In this document: positions 36,755-49,340 of the stretch, piece after piece
How positions within the stretch are numbered: position 1 is the stretch's first letter
How the letters are laid out: each line of letters begins with the position of its first letter
Origin: Pristiophorus japonicus
Lineage: Eukaryota
Direction: 5' to 3'
Length of the DNA: 64,000 bases
Assembly (NCBI RefSeq): GCF_044704955.1
Contig: NC_091988.1
Span: forward strand, 53,940,001-54,004,000
Notes under the pieces: generated by a model
The model's database searches: none
What the model was told of the DNA's origin: nothing
Seen by the model: only the letters and a program-made list of their open reading frames with translations
Made by a program: the position numbers and the translations under genes

Positions 36755-38912
36755 TAAATAGTTAGGGGAGCAGATAAGCGCTTCTGCGGCAGCAAAAGTG
36801 ACATCAGGATGCTGTGTTGCCTCCCTGGTGCAAGGGTCAATGATGTCACTGAGCGACTGCAGGGCATTCTGGGGAGGGAAGGGGAACAGCCATTGGTTGT
36901 GGTCCACATTGGTACCAACAACATAGGTAGAAAGAAGGGTGAGGTCCTGAAAGCTGAGTTTAGGGAGCTTAGGAGTAAGATTGAAAGCCAGGACCTCTCG
37001 GGATTACTGCCAATGCCACGTACCAGTGAGGGTAGAAATAGGAAGGCTAGTCAGATAAATACGTGGCTGGGGCATTGGTATAGGAGGGAGGGCTTTAGTT
37101 TCCTGAACAATTGGGAGCGCTTCTGGGGTAGGTGGGACCTGTACAAGTCGGACAGGTTGCACCTCAACAGAGACGGGACCAATGTTCTCGCGGGTGGTTT
37201 TGATCGTGCGGTTGGGAGGGCTTTAAACTAGCTTGGCAGGAGGATGGGAACCCAGGAGAGAGCTCTGAGCTAGTTAGAGTGGGTGAGAGCTCAGATGAAC
37301 AGAACCCCAAGAAAGGATGCAAAAGGCAGGAGGCAACAGAGCAGAGTAGCACTGGTGCAAGTGTAAACCACAAGGTGATAGGAAGGGACAATATGTATGG
37401 AACATAAGGGGGCTGCAGGAGGGGTCAAAACGAAAAATCATGGTTTAAAAACTAGTATTAAAACACTTTACCTAAATGCACGCAGCATTCGAAACAAAGT
37501 AAATGAGTTGACGGCACAAATCATTACAAATGGGTATGATATGGTGGCCATTACAGAAACATGGTTGCAGGGTGGCCAAGACTGGGAATTAAACATACAG
37601 GGGTATCTGACAAGAAGGGAAAGGAGGTGGGGTAGGTCTGTTAATAAAGGATGATATCAGGGCAGTTGTGAGAGACGATATTGGCTCTAATGAACAAAAT
37701 GTTGAATCATTGTGGGTGGAGATTAGAGATAGGGGAAAAAGTCACTGGTGGGCGTAGTTTATAGGCCCCCAAATAATAACTTCACAGTGGGGCGGGCAAT
37801 AATCAAGGGAATAATGGAGGCATGTGAAAAAGGAATGGCAGTAATCATGGGGGATTTTAAACTACATATCGATTGGTCAAATCAAATCGAACGGGGTAGC
37901 CTTGAGGAGGAATTCATAGAATGCATACGGGATTGTTTCTTAGAACAGTATGTTACAGAACCTACATGGGAGCAAGCTATCTTAGATCTGGTCCTGTGTA
38001 ATGAGACAGGAATAATAAACAATCTCCTCGTAAAAGATCCTCTCAGAATGAGTGATCACAGTATGGTTGAATTTGTAATACAGATTGAGGGTGAGGAAGT
38101 AGTGTCTCAAACAAGCATACTGTACTTAAACAAAGGGGACTACAGTGGGATGAGGGCAGAGTTGGCTAAAGTAGACTGGGAACACAGACTAAATGGTGGC
38201 ACAATTGAGGAACAGTGGAGGACTTTTAAGGAGCTCTTTCATAGTGCTCAACAAAAATATATTCCAGTGAAAAAGAAAGGCGGTAAGAGAAGGGATAACC
38301 AGCCGTGGATAACCAAGGAAATAAAGGAGAGTATCAAATTAAAAACCAATGCGTATAAGGTGGCCAAGGTTAGTGGGGAAACTAGAAGATTGGAAAAATT
38401 TTAAACAACAGCAAAGAATGACTAAGAAAGCAATAAAGAAAGGAAAGATAGATTACAAAAGTAAACTTGCGCAAAACATAAAAACAGATAGTAAAAGCTT
38501 TTACTGATATATAAAACGGAAAAGTGACTAAAATAAATGTTGGTCCCTTAGAAGATGAGAAGGGGGATTTAATAATGGGAAATGTGGAAATGGCTGAGAC
38601 CGTAAACAATTATTTTGCTTCGGTCTTCACAGTGGAAGACACAAAAACCATGCCAAAAATTGCTGGTCACGGGAATGTGGGAAGGGAGGACCTTGAGACA
38701 ATCACTATCACTAGGGGGGTAGTGCTGGACAGGCTAATGGATCTCAAGGTAGACAAGTCCCCTGGTCCTGATGAAATGCATCCCAGGGTATTAAAAGAGA
38801 TGGCAGAAGTTATAGCAGATGCATTCGTTATAATCTACCAAAATTCTCTGGACTCTGGGGAGGTACCATCGGATTGGAAAGCAGCTAATGTAACGCATCT
38901 GTTTAAAAAAGG
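36755..38912 (+). mobile_element. CR1 LINE with ORF1 esterase and ORF2 endonuclease, 3'-truncated
   Basis: ORF1 CCLPGARV, VHIGTN, DRLHLN (SGNH-type esterase); ORF2 YLNARSI, ITETW, VYRPP, GDF, SDH, KSPGPD. Confidence 0.95.
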
Positions 38913-39363
38913 GAGCAGCCCGCTTGACTGGCACCCCATCCACCACCTTCAACATTCACTCCCTCACTCCCTCCACCACCGGCGCATCGTGGCTGCAGTG
39001 TGTACCATCTACAAGATACACTGCAGCACCTTGCCACAGCTTCTTCGACAGCACCTCCCAAACCCACAACCTCTACCACCTAGAAGGACAAGGGCAGCAG
39101 GTGCATGGGAACACCATCACCTCCACTTTCCCCTCCAAGTTACATACCACCCAGACTTGGAAATATATCGCTGTTCCTTCATCGTCGCTGGATCAAAATC
39201 CTGGAACCCCCTCCCTAACAGCACTGTGGGAGAACCTTCACCACACGGACTGCAGCGGCTCAAGAAGGCGGTTACCACCACCTTCTCGAGAGCAATTAGG
39301 GATGGGCAATAAATGCTGGCCTTGCCAGCGACGCCTACATCTCAGGAATGAATTTTTTTTTTA
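38913..39363 (+). mobile_element. LINE family B 3' end
   Basis: HSLHHRRIVAAVCTIYK..SKSWNPLP; tail GGCAATAAATGCTGGCCTTGCCAGCGACGCC. Confidence 0.85.
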
Positions 39364-40619
39364 AAGGTGTGGAATTGACCCTTAATTCATCAGGTTTACA
39401 AATCATCGAAAAATTTTAATCTCCTTTTCTTCCTATGTTGCAAAATAATTTGAGTTGAGTAGCTACAGACCGCTGCTCTTTCTCCAGAGGAACATGAGAA
39501 GCAATTGGTCCAACAATAGACTGGAGGTGATTCAGACGAAATCCTGGTAAAAGGATAAATGATCTTGGATTGTCAGAGGCGCATTTTGTGAGGAAGTTTA
39601 GTATCGTTTAAACAAGGAGGTCTCGCCAAGATGTGCGATTTAACTGGTGAAGGTTTTGGATTGGGTTTCAGTGAATCCTACAGCTATTCTTGTGGTTGTG
39701 TAAGTTACAGTAGCACCATTATTTTTGAACCATTTGGGTCCTTTCAAACCTCATGGCATGTCACCGGGCAGAACATTTAAATTACATGCAACAGATTTTT
39801 GAAGTTAAAATCGTGGATGCTTCACATTTCACAATGTTTTTTCACAAGCAACTGAATAAACAATTGTCAAGGCGGCAGAAATTGTTCACCTCGCTGGAAT
39901 TCTGAAAGTCTCGGTCGTGTGCACGCTCTGAAATGCAGCATCTCTGTGCCCCGAAATAGTAATACTTGTACAATCACCAGAAAGGATTCTTCAAGATGTG
40001 CAAGTAAATTATGTTGCATTGGACATTATGATTCTGATTCTGTCTCAATTTCCCTCATTCCACATACCAATCTTTCACTCTTAATAATTCAATGAGTTTA
40101 TTTTCTGACTGCTGACAAATTGGTGGGAATAGCCTGATTGTTAGGGAGATGGTTTATTGTACAATACAGTTAAAGTTTGCTGTATAATTTTGGCATATTG
40201 AGGGAACTGAAACTCTGTTTGTTGTAGAAATGGAGCAGCTGGCATTACTCAATGGTGTGCAACCAACACACTGAAAATCATTGACAGATCAATGCTGCTT
40301 GTATACATCATGCAATGTTGTGTGGTATTGCACTCATATAAACATGAACACAATGTCCAATTAATCAGTGTTTTCCCCCTTACAACCCTATAACGTCTCA
40401 ATAATTTGCACTAATGCAGGATGGGTCCCTGACGCGACGCCTGTCAAATAGCACCAGTGTGGAAGGAGATGCAACAGGTGGATGCTCATTTTGAAGGCTG
40501 TACATAATCACAGCAGTATTAACTCATCATGCACTAGGACAAGGAATGAATGGAGCCACCTGCATGGATGGTGTGATGTTTTCTCTGTGGATATAATGTG
40601 ATAACTATCCTTCACCAGA

Positions 40620-41050
40620 GACAAATCTTTGGCTTGAGCTCCGGGATGTGAATGGTGCCGTTTGAAATTCTTTTATTGTTCATCAGCTGATCCTACCACC
40701 ACTCTTTTACTGGTGGAGGCAGGTATCTGGATGGCTGATCAGGATTACTTGCTGCAGCAATGACCCATGACTCCGTTTCATTTCCCTCATAGAGTGAGGC
40801 ATATGGTCGTGATCAAGCAAACTGCAGGGATTGTAAAGGTACACTGCAGGTGCGTTGACTGATCCTGGAGAGCTGTGCAGGGATATCCAGACACGATATG
40901 TCGCATCGTTGTCATTTGTTGCATGCGCTGCAGTTTTGCTCTTCCAAGAGCCCCTGAGGCATGTTCAGGCAGAGGAAGGCAAAGCGGACAGCAGAACCGG
41001 CCGAAAGAATGAGGTCCCCCCTTCAGGAAGAGGTTGCACAGGAGAACCCT
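40620..41050 (+). pseudogene. Decayed PIF/Harbinger (HARBI1-like) transposase C-terminus
   Basis: Manual translation gives GWL..DQDYLLQQ*PMTP and VIKQTAGIVKVHCRCVD*SWRAVQGYPDTICRIVVICCM, resembling the DDE_Tnp_4 motifs GD.GY.L..WLMTP and IE..FG.LK.RFRCLD. Confidence 0.65.
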
Positions 41051-41344
41051 TGCTCGTGAGGAAATGGCTCACAAGTGCACCATCACTTGAGTAAGGTTTG
41101 GGTCTGCTGCAGAATCCGACGACCTATCATGGTCCTCCCTCTTTGCCAACTACATCAACTCGTTCATTTGCTGACATGTTACTGTCCTCCATTGGAAATG
41201 GATTGAGCAACTTGTATTGATGGCATGATGTTTACTTCACATATCTCTTCGATATAGTGCGTGAGCTGGTAGTTGGTTATGAGCTCTGGTGGCCTGCCTT
41301 TGATGATGTGTTATGGTTTCCATGTGATCAAGAAGCCATCAGTT

Positions 41345-41716
41345 ATCTTATGAAGAAAGGTTGAGCAGGTTGGGCCTATACTCATTGGTGTTTAGAAGAA
41401 TAAGAGCTAATCTTATTGAAACATTTAAGATTCTGAGGGGGCTTGACAGGGTCGATGCAGAGAGGATGTTTCCCCTCATGGCGGAATCTAGCACTAGGGG
41501 GCATATTTTCAGAATAAGGGGTTGCCCATTTAAACGGAAATGAGGAGGAACTTATTTGAGGATCGTGAATCTGTGGAATTCTCAACCCCAGAGAGCTGTG
41601 GAGACTGGGTCATTGAATATATAGAGTTGAGGTCAAGATCATATCAGCCACAATCTTATTGAATGGCCAAATGGTCTACTCCTGTTCCTATTTCTTATGT
41701 TGTTATGTTCTTATGT
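41345..41716 (+). mobile_element. CR1 3' fragment
   Basis: LGLYSLVFRRIRANLIETFKIL; TTATGTT-repeat tail. Confidence 0.9.
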
Positions 41717-42020
41717 TTATCAGCTGACTCAAGCCAACCTGAATGCCATTCTTAATCTCCGACCAAGCTTTCCTTGTTGAAGAGGGCTATCCTGCACTGA
41801 TGTCAATAAGTCCTTCCCTCCCACCCGATTCCATGTCTCGCAAGTGAGCCGCTATGGTCCCTGTTTTATCCCATCATGAGGAATTGCAGCGCAGGCATTC
41901 TGGAGTTAACACCACAAGCAGGTCAAAGAGGGTGTCTTCGTGGTGCTCCCACTCTTTGATCCCTGGAATGTTTGAAGTGTTCCCCTGCCTGGTGAATAGC
42001 CACAATGCACTAATCTTCTC

Positions 42021-42355
42021 CTTCTTAGGCAGTCCCTCGTATCGAGGATGACTTGCTTCCATGCCAAAAAGGGATGAGTTCACAGTTGTTTCAATGAAGG
42101 ACCTAATATTCCAGGTCCCGAACTACATGTTGAAGGGTGGAAGATGCCTGTGCGTGGAATTTTTTAACGTGTGGTGACCGTTGCACACCAGCCACCACAA
42201 GGGCTTGACAGCTAGGTCTTGGTCCAGTGGCAAGGATTAACCAAGATGACTGGAGATCAGCTCTGCTGTACAGACCTAGTGCGCACACATATCGCAGTGT
42301 GGGCTGGCCCATGCTAACCCTGGGCCCCGAACTTACGCCTCTCCTAGGTCCCGAT
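42021..42355 (-). mobile_element. Non-coding RTE-like retroposon
   Basis: Reverse complement of the 31044 copy, but with an AAG-type tail. Confidence 0.8.
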
Positions 42356-42584
42356 CACAACGCTCTGCACGAATGCACTAATAGCTGCTGGCCAACACCT
42401 GTACCCTTGTGCACGTGCTCCTGCTGTGCTGCCTATGACCTGTTTGATTTGCCGCCTTCAGCAGGTCCTCGGTCAGTCACATGCTTGCGCTGAGGAAGCT
42501 GAACCAGAGCTTGTGCAGAAGGTGGAATAGCTTGGGATTCTCTTCCTGAAGTAGATGGTGCTGGTACATACACTTTTTGACTGT

Positions 42585-42706
42585 GCTTTTGGTCACCTAT
42601 CCTAATGTCTTTCTTTGGCTTGCTGTCAATTTCTGGCTGATTACTCTCTGGTGAAGTGCCTTGGGATATCTTGCTATGTTAAAAGTGCTATATAAATGCA
42701 AGTCTT
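42585..42706 (+). mobile_element. L2 3' UTR fragment
   Basis: GCTTTTGGTCACC..GTGCTATATAAATGCAAGT. Confidence 0.7.
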
Positions 42707-43094
42707 TAATTGCAAGATCTGTGGGGAGAAGAAAATAATGAAATTACAATGCTATCACTTCACCATGGCAACAATATAGATTAAAAATTGTTATACATCA
42801 GTAAACAACAGCTCTCATTTTATATTATGTAACATAGCTTTTGTTTGCCACATTAATTCTGTTCTGCAGTATCATTACAGAACATTTAAAAAATAATGAA
42901 AATCTTACTGGTGCCTATGGGGGCATTTCTGAGCTGAACATTTCATCCTCTTTGTGCTTTAATCTCCAGTTCCATTTGAATCTTGTTTTTATTATTTTTG
43001 CTAACCACTTTAGATCACTAAAGTGTTTGTAGGTGTTCTGCCTTGCTGTTTTTGAAGTAGATGCAGCATTTTAATTGCTTTTGTTGTATCTATG

Positions 43095-43808
43095 CCTCAG
43101 TAGCACCCTCGCCTCTGAGTCAGAGGGTTGTGGGTTAAAGTCCTTGGGATAAGAACGTAGAAACAGGAATAGGCCATTCAGCCCCTCGAGCCTGTCCGCC
43201 ATTCAATTAGCTCGTGGCTGATCTGTATCTTAACTCCATCAACATCACTAAAGCAGATTATTATCCCATTGCTGTTTGTGGGAGCTTGCTGTGCGCAGAT
43301 TGGCTGCTGTGTTTCCGACATTTCAACACTTCAAAAGTACTTAATTGGCTGTAAAGCGCTTTGGGACATCCTGATGTTGTGAAAGGTGCTGTATAAATGC
43401 TAGTCTCTTTTCTTTTTAATTTACCCTGCCTTGGTTCCATATCCCTTAATACTCTTGCCTAACAAAATCTGTCGATCTCTGTTTTGAAAGTTTTCAATTG
43501 ACCCCCAGTCTCAACAGCTTTTGGAAGGGAGTGAGCTCCAGATTTCCATTACCCAGAGTGTGAAGAAGTGCTTCCCGACATCACCTCTGAATGGCTTGCC
43601 TCTAACTTTAAGGTTATGTCCCCTTGTTCTGGACTCCTCCCTCCCTCCTGCCCCCATCCCCAAGAGTAAATAGGGCAGATAGTTTCCTTCTATCAACTCC
43701 TTTAATCATCATAAACATCTCAATTACATCACCCCTTAATCATCAAGGGAGTACTAGCCTAGTCTATGCAACCTGTACTATAATTTAATCCTTTGAGGCC
43801 CGGTATCA
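43095..43808. mobile_element. Mosaic of SINE A (+) fragments and CR1 (-)
   Basis: SINE head 43095-43145; CR1 tail 43150-43240; SINE 3' part 43240-43415; CR1 resumes 43420-43808. Confidence 0.75.
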
Positions 43809-43809
43809 T

Positions 43810-45630
43810 AACAACAACAGCCACTTGAATTTATATAGGCCCCTATTTTCACCACAATTGTACACCGATTTTTGGCATCCAAATGTTTTTTGCCGTGAAA
43901 TACTCACTTTCCAACTTTCGCCAATATTTGGACTGCGGCGCTGACCATGTGCGGCAGTTTAAAAGTTTTTGGTGCAGACACAAGTCAAAACTGGACCGGG
44001 CGCCGTTTTTGTGGATTTAATAGTCCACGATTTTTTTTCAGCGTGGCACACACTGCCCAAAAGCCCCACAAAAAAATGTTAACTTAAGGAATCGGATAGT
44101 GCACAAGATGACAGGAGCAAGGCAATAAGAATACATGATAAAGTACCTTTTTTTCCCCCACATGGAACTCTTTTTGGAGCAAGGGAAGATTATTTCCGGG
44201 CCGAAAGGACTGCTCCCCCACCCAAGCTGGACCCGCTGCAATCCTGGTCCGAATGGCCCCCTGCTCAATCCCGCTCCCCCTGTAGGTTGAAGTTCGGGAG
44301 TGGAAGTGGCGGGTATGGGGGTGTTGGGGGGCGGTTGTGGTGGTGGCTGCAGGTCCAGCGATGTGAGGGGTCCTTTGGGGACCCGGGATTGCAGTGTGAC
44401 CAGCAGATTTCACATTTTAAATGCTGGATTGTATGGTATAGAAATGAGCGGGTTATCATTTTGATTGATCGCAGCAGTGATCAACTGTCAGTGATGTCTA
44501 TGTCTTGGTAAAGTTGTCTTACGATCCCTGAGTGTGAATGTCATTGTGAATCAAAGACAGGAGCGGGCTTCAGCGTCTCTGGTTGCCCTGGCAACTTCAG
44601 CTTTTCGTGCATGCCCAGAGTTTTTAACGCAGACTTGAAGCTCCCCACCCCCCAGACAAACTTCGGAGAGCGATACGCCAAATTCAAATAATTCTTTGAC
44701 AAAAGTCCTGATTTTTTTGGGGGCGCGAACGTACACACAAAAAATCGTACGTTAACATGCGTGGGTGCCAAAAATCCAGCAAATAGGGGCCATAGCGTCT
44801 TTAACGTAGTAAAACATCCCAAGCTGCTTCACAGGAGTACTATAAAACACAAATTTTGACACCGAACTACACATGGAGAAATTAGGACAGGTGATCAAAA
44901 GCTTGGTGAAAGACGTAGGTTTTAAGGACCGTCTGAAAGGAGGAAAGCGGAGAGGTTTAAGCAGGGAATTCCAGAGCTTGGGACCTAGGCAACAGAAGGC
45001 ACGGCCACCAATGGTTGAGCGATTATAATCCAGGATACTCGAGAGCAGATTTATAAGCGTGTGGATGTGAGGTTGTGGGGCTGGAGCACATTGCAGAGAT
45101 AGGGAGGGGCGAGGCCATGGAGGGATTTGTAAACCAGGATGAGAATTTTGAAATCGAGGCGTTGCTTAGCCAGGAGCCAATGTAGGCCAGCAAGCACAAG
45201 GGTGATGGGTGAACGGGAATTGGTGCGAGTTGGGACATGGGCAGCCCGATTTTGCATGACCTCAAGTTTACGTAGGGTAGAACGTGGGAGGCCAGGCAGG
45301 AATACGTTGGAATAGTCAAGTCTAGAGATAACAAAGGCATGGTTGAAGGTTTCAGCAGCCGATGAGCTGAGACCGGGGCGGAGACGGGCGATGTTACGGG
45401 GGTGGAAATAGGCATTCTTAGTTATGCCGCGGATATGCGGTCGGAAGCACTTTTTGGGGTTTAAATAGGACACTGTGGTTCAGCCTCAGACAGAAGTTGG
45501 GGAGAGAGATGGAGTCCGTGGCTAGGGAACGCAGTTTGTGGCGGGGATCAAAAACAATGACTTCAGTCTTCCCAATATTTAATTGGAGAAAATTTCTGCT
45601 CTTCCAGAACTGAGTGTCGGGACAAGCAGG
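43810..45630 (-). mobile_element. L2 LINE 3' region interrupted by a TIR element
   Basis: NFLQLNIGKTEVIVF, HAFVISRLDYSN and LAGLHWL..FKILILVYKSLHGLAPPYL motifs. Confidence 0.92.
43838..44791. mobile_element. Non-autonomous DNA transposon (PIF/Harbinger-like)
   Basis: 11-bp TIR GGCCCCTATTT; TSD ATA (43835-43837 / 44792-44794); removing it restores the L2 tail. Confidence 0.88.
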
Positions 45631-46274
45631 CTGACAATTTAGACTTAAATGCAGGAGAAGATAGCTTTGTTTTGACTTGTATAAAGGGTTAAATGAGATG
45701 TAGCTCGGTGGTGGTCCAGCTGAACGGATGTTCCAGCTTCTGAGAAGCTGCAGAGCTCCTGTTGAAAGTACAAAGCCAGTATTTTGTCGGAAGCTTTCTG
45801 TAGACCTGCCCACAAGATGAATGCAGCTCTGTTCCAGGACACTCTACAAAATAGCACACACTGCTCTTGCCGAGAATTAATGTACAAGAGGTGCGGTGTG
45901 TGAATGAAAACCAGCTTTGGGCCGAACTGTGCCAAGTCGTCTGGTGGGCGGCTGTACAGCCCAGGGTTTCGACAAATATTTGGTCAGCTGCGTGCTTTAC
46001 TCACTGACGTTCTGATGCAGGCGATTGGGCTGCGATTTATTTTTGCTCTTCAATTGAATGACTTGTCTGTTGAGTGATCAGTAAGGAGTCTTTTGTTTGT
46101 TTAATGCTATGAAGTCCAGGTAAGTCAGGGATAGTTTAGTCAGGAAAATCACTAAAGCCCAATCTCTAATTCTTTTTGGTTTGAAGTGGCACACATACCT
46201 TCTTTTAGTCAGTCAGTGGTTAACTTCATTAGCTTTAATTTTACAAAATACTTTTTTATTTAACTATTTCCCCC

Positions 46275-46547
46275 CCATTTAGAACAGAGATGAGGGGGAA
46301 TTTCTTCAGAGGGTTGTAAATTTGTGGAATTCTCTGCCCCAGAGAGCTGTGGAGGCTGGGTCAATGAAATGTATTTAAGGTGGAGATGGATATATTTTTG
46401 AACGATAAGGGAGTGAAGGGTTATGGGGAGCGGGCAGGGAAGTGGAGCTGAGTCCAAGATCAGATCAGCCATGATCTTATTAAATGGTGGAGCTGGCTCG
46501 TGGGGCCAAATGGCCTACTCCTGCTCCTATTTCTTATGTTCTTATGT
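46275..46547 (+). mobile_element. CR1 3' end
   Basis: TGTGGAATTCTCTGCCCCAG..GGCCTACTCCTGCTCCTATTTCTTATGTT. Confidence 0.88.
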
Positions 46548-47417
46548 CAGTGATGGCTCTCTTCTCTCTGTACAGTGGAAACGTGTGAATTTGTGTTCTC
46601 CTGTTTAAAGTCTCTTCCTCCCCCTCCACCTAAGGCTGTCTTTAATAAGGCCTTGCTGCTCAAGTAAGATCTTGAGTCCTTTCAGGTACAGAAGGGACAG
46701 GTACACGCTCACAGCCACAGTGACACCAACACTTAGACAATCACTGTTGCTGCTCGATATGGAGGTTCGCATATCTCAGGCAGGCGCAGGCCAAAATGGC
46801 TATCCATTTGTGTGGGAGGCTGAGATGTCGCTGGGATGGTCTTGTGCATCATTGGAAGCAGGTTGGTTGGTCACCTGCGTAGCTGCGGTGGGTGCTTGCT
46901 CCGCTGAGGCTAAACCAAGGAAGTAATGGATAGGTGCAACAGCCTCACCTTAAAAAGATGAAAAACATTACATAAATGCAGACTGCTGACTCCTCGCACC
47001 TTTGAGCTGCCTGGTACAAAAATCATTGCATGAGTTCGCTTGCACATGTGTGACCCAGATTAGTTGATAGCTCGAAGATATTTAACTCATTCACTCCCAG
47101 CCGTCACTTTCTCCTGCAATCTACAGTTCTGTAAAACCCAAGCTCAGTATCCCCTACATTATTTATTGATTTACCTCATTTCTGTTTTTTTTTCAGCCTT
47201 GCTTAGTATCCTGTGCTATGGACCTTCACTCTGATTTCGCAAAATAGTTGAGCGCTTTCTTCTTTCAATGGTTTAATAGGTTTATTGCTGCAGGCCAGGT
47301 GGATTCCGGTTTGATCCCTTGTTTCTACTGAGTTAGGTGATTTGCCAGTGGAATGGTGATGACACAATGGTCTTTAGTGCCCCTGGGTTGGTAGTGGGGA
47401 AACTCCTGATTGCTGTC

Positions 47418-47677
47418 CATAATCTATTTGTTTCATGAGTTCTTTGCTTATAACAATGTGTTGCTATGAATTCTTAAGAACTAGTTTGTTTATTGGCAAA
47501 GGTTTAACATTACCAGTTCATCCACCAGGCTCACAACTACCTGCCTCATCGTGGATCCTCCAAACCCAACTTGCTGGGGTTTTATTGAGTCTTGTGAACA
47601 TCACGTGACTGGCTAAGCCACTCCCAACTCAACAGCTCTATAAACCTGTGAGCATACTCATAAGTGCACACATTACA
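47418..47677 (-). mobile_element. Solo LTR, copy 1
   Basis: TSD CTGTC (47413-47417 / 47678-47682); ends CACATTACA; similar to 48666-48939. Confidence 0.82.
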
Positions 47678-48529
47678 CTGTCCAGTGCCCTGTCTGAAAA
47701 TGTGAGTGCATGAATATCGGCTGAGGGCAAGGATTTCCTTGACAATCACTGTTAAAGCCCACCTGAACATGGTACCAGAGAAAACATGACTGCCATGAAT
47801 GCATACCCCAGCAAGAAGTAAACCACTTTAGGAGAGGAGAAAAATAAAACAGACATTTAAATGTGGAGAACACTGGATTGTGGCAACAAGCATATTGAGG
47901 TCATTCTACCATAGGTTCAGATCCTCAAACAGAATTGCTGTTCGCCTTGTAAAGGTTTCTGCCATTGCCTTCCATCCCCCACTTCTTTTGTTAGGTGGGT
48001 GGGACAATAAAGTCAACCATGCTGTTAATCAGTTCACTAGCTTCATCAAGGCTAGATAGGATTCGCTCCCCCCCCCGCCCCCCCCCCCCCCCCCCCCATA
48101 CCTCTTTCAGTCAACTAACCCATTCCAGGGAAGCTTCAGCTTCAGCACGAGACTGGGATCCAATCTCTTTACTGAGTTGCACAGTCTGGCCTGTGACATT
48201 GGGACATTTCATTAGTTACAAAAAAAATAAGATGGATTTGTTTGAGTTGAAGTTACAGTGGAAAGGCTTAACTCGTGTTGGTTTGAAGTTATACACCGAG
48301 TTCACTCTGCGTTTGTTGCCCTCTCATTTGCCATCGCCACTGTTGAACATTTTCCATGAGAGCCTGTGCTGTGCAATCCGAGCCAAGTGGTTTATTATTG
48401 TAAATCAAATAGAAAATGCTGAAAATCCATAGTGGGTCAATCAGCAACTGATGGAGAAAATCTAGATTCATGTTTCAGGTGTGAGGTTCCTCCAAAGCTC
48501 CATATCAGTGTCCTTATTTTTGTTTACAG

Positions 48530-48612
48530 ATCTGTGTGTGGGGACAGCACTAATGACGGAGGTGGTAGTGCAGGGGTGATGCACCTGTACGGAAATCTGG
48601 AAGAGACAAATG
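48530..48612 (+). other. Candidate spliced exon (83 bp), gene unknown
   Basis: Acceptor CCTTATTTTTGTTTACAG and donor AATG|GTAAGA; one open frame SVCGDSTNDGGGSAGVMHLYGNLEETN. Confidence 0.3.
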
Positions 48613-48665
48613 GTAAGAAAGTTTTCCTTTCATTGGGTGAAGGGATGGATTACTTAATGTGTTGG

Positions 48666-48939
48666 TGTAATGTATTGGCTTCATGGGTTCTTCACTTAAG
48701 AATTCATAGCAATACATTGCTCTTAAGGAGTAATTGGTTTATTAACAAAGGTTTAATAATCACACTACACATAACGAGTTCATCCACTAGGCTCACAATA
48801 GCATACCTCATCGTGGATCCCCCGAACCCAACTGGCTGGGGTTCTATTGAGTCTTGTGAACATCACGTGACTGGCTAAGCCACTCACAATGCAACAGCTC
48901 TACAAACCTGTGAGCATAGTTGCAGATGCATACATTATA
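48666..48939 (-). mobile_element. Solo LTR, copy 2
   Basis: TGTAATGTA..TACATTATA inverted termini; TSD GTTGG/GTCGG; AATAAA on the minus strand. Confidence 0.85.
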
Positions 48940-49039
48940 GTCGGCAATTTTCAGTCCATGAGAGAAAGTGGAATCTGTAGCTTGCCGTGACCTTCCACAT
49001 TTTGGGGTTAACACAGTCATCAAAGAAACCAGACAATGT

Positions 49040-49340
49040 ACGAACATATGAACAATGACTGACTGGTAAAGACCATCTGGTCCATCAAGCCTGCCCCACA
49101 CAATAAGTATCACAACTTATACACACCACCCCACCCCAAACCAAACCATGTGATCTTCTGGGAGAGGCAAAAACCCAGGCCAATTTGGGGAAAAAAATCT
49201 GGGAACATCCCCTCCGACCCATTTAGTCGATCGAAACTACTCCAGGAGATCACTTTGGCCGTTAAATTCCTTGCAGTACCTACCTTCTGTAAGAGTTAAT
49301 CTCCGCCGCAGCCAGAAACAAATCCAGCTTTTGCTTGAAT
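49040..49340 (-). mobile_element. CR1-like 3' UTR (different subfamily)
   Basis: Minus strand ends in a GATGGACCAGATGGTCTTTACC stem-loop followed by a short ATGTTC-type repeat tail. Confidence 0.5.

Noticed and set aside
47418-48939. Single TRIM/LTR element with two LTRs
   Set aside because: Each LTR has its own TSD, the outer flanks do not match, and no PBS or PPT is evident.
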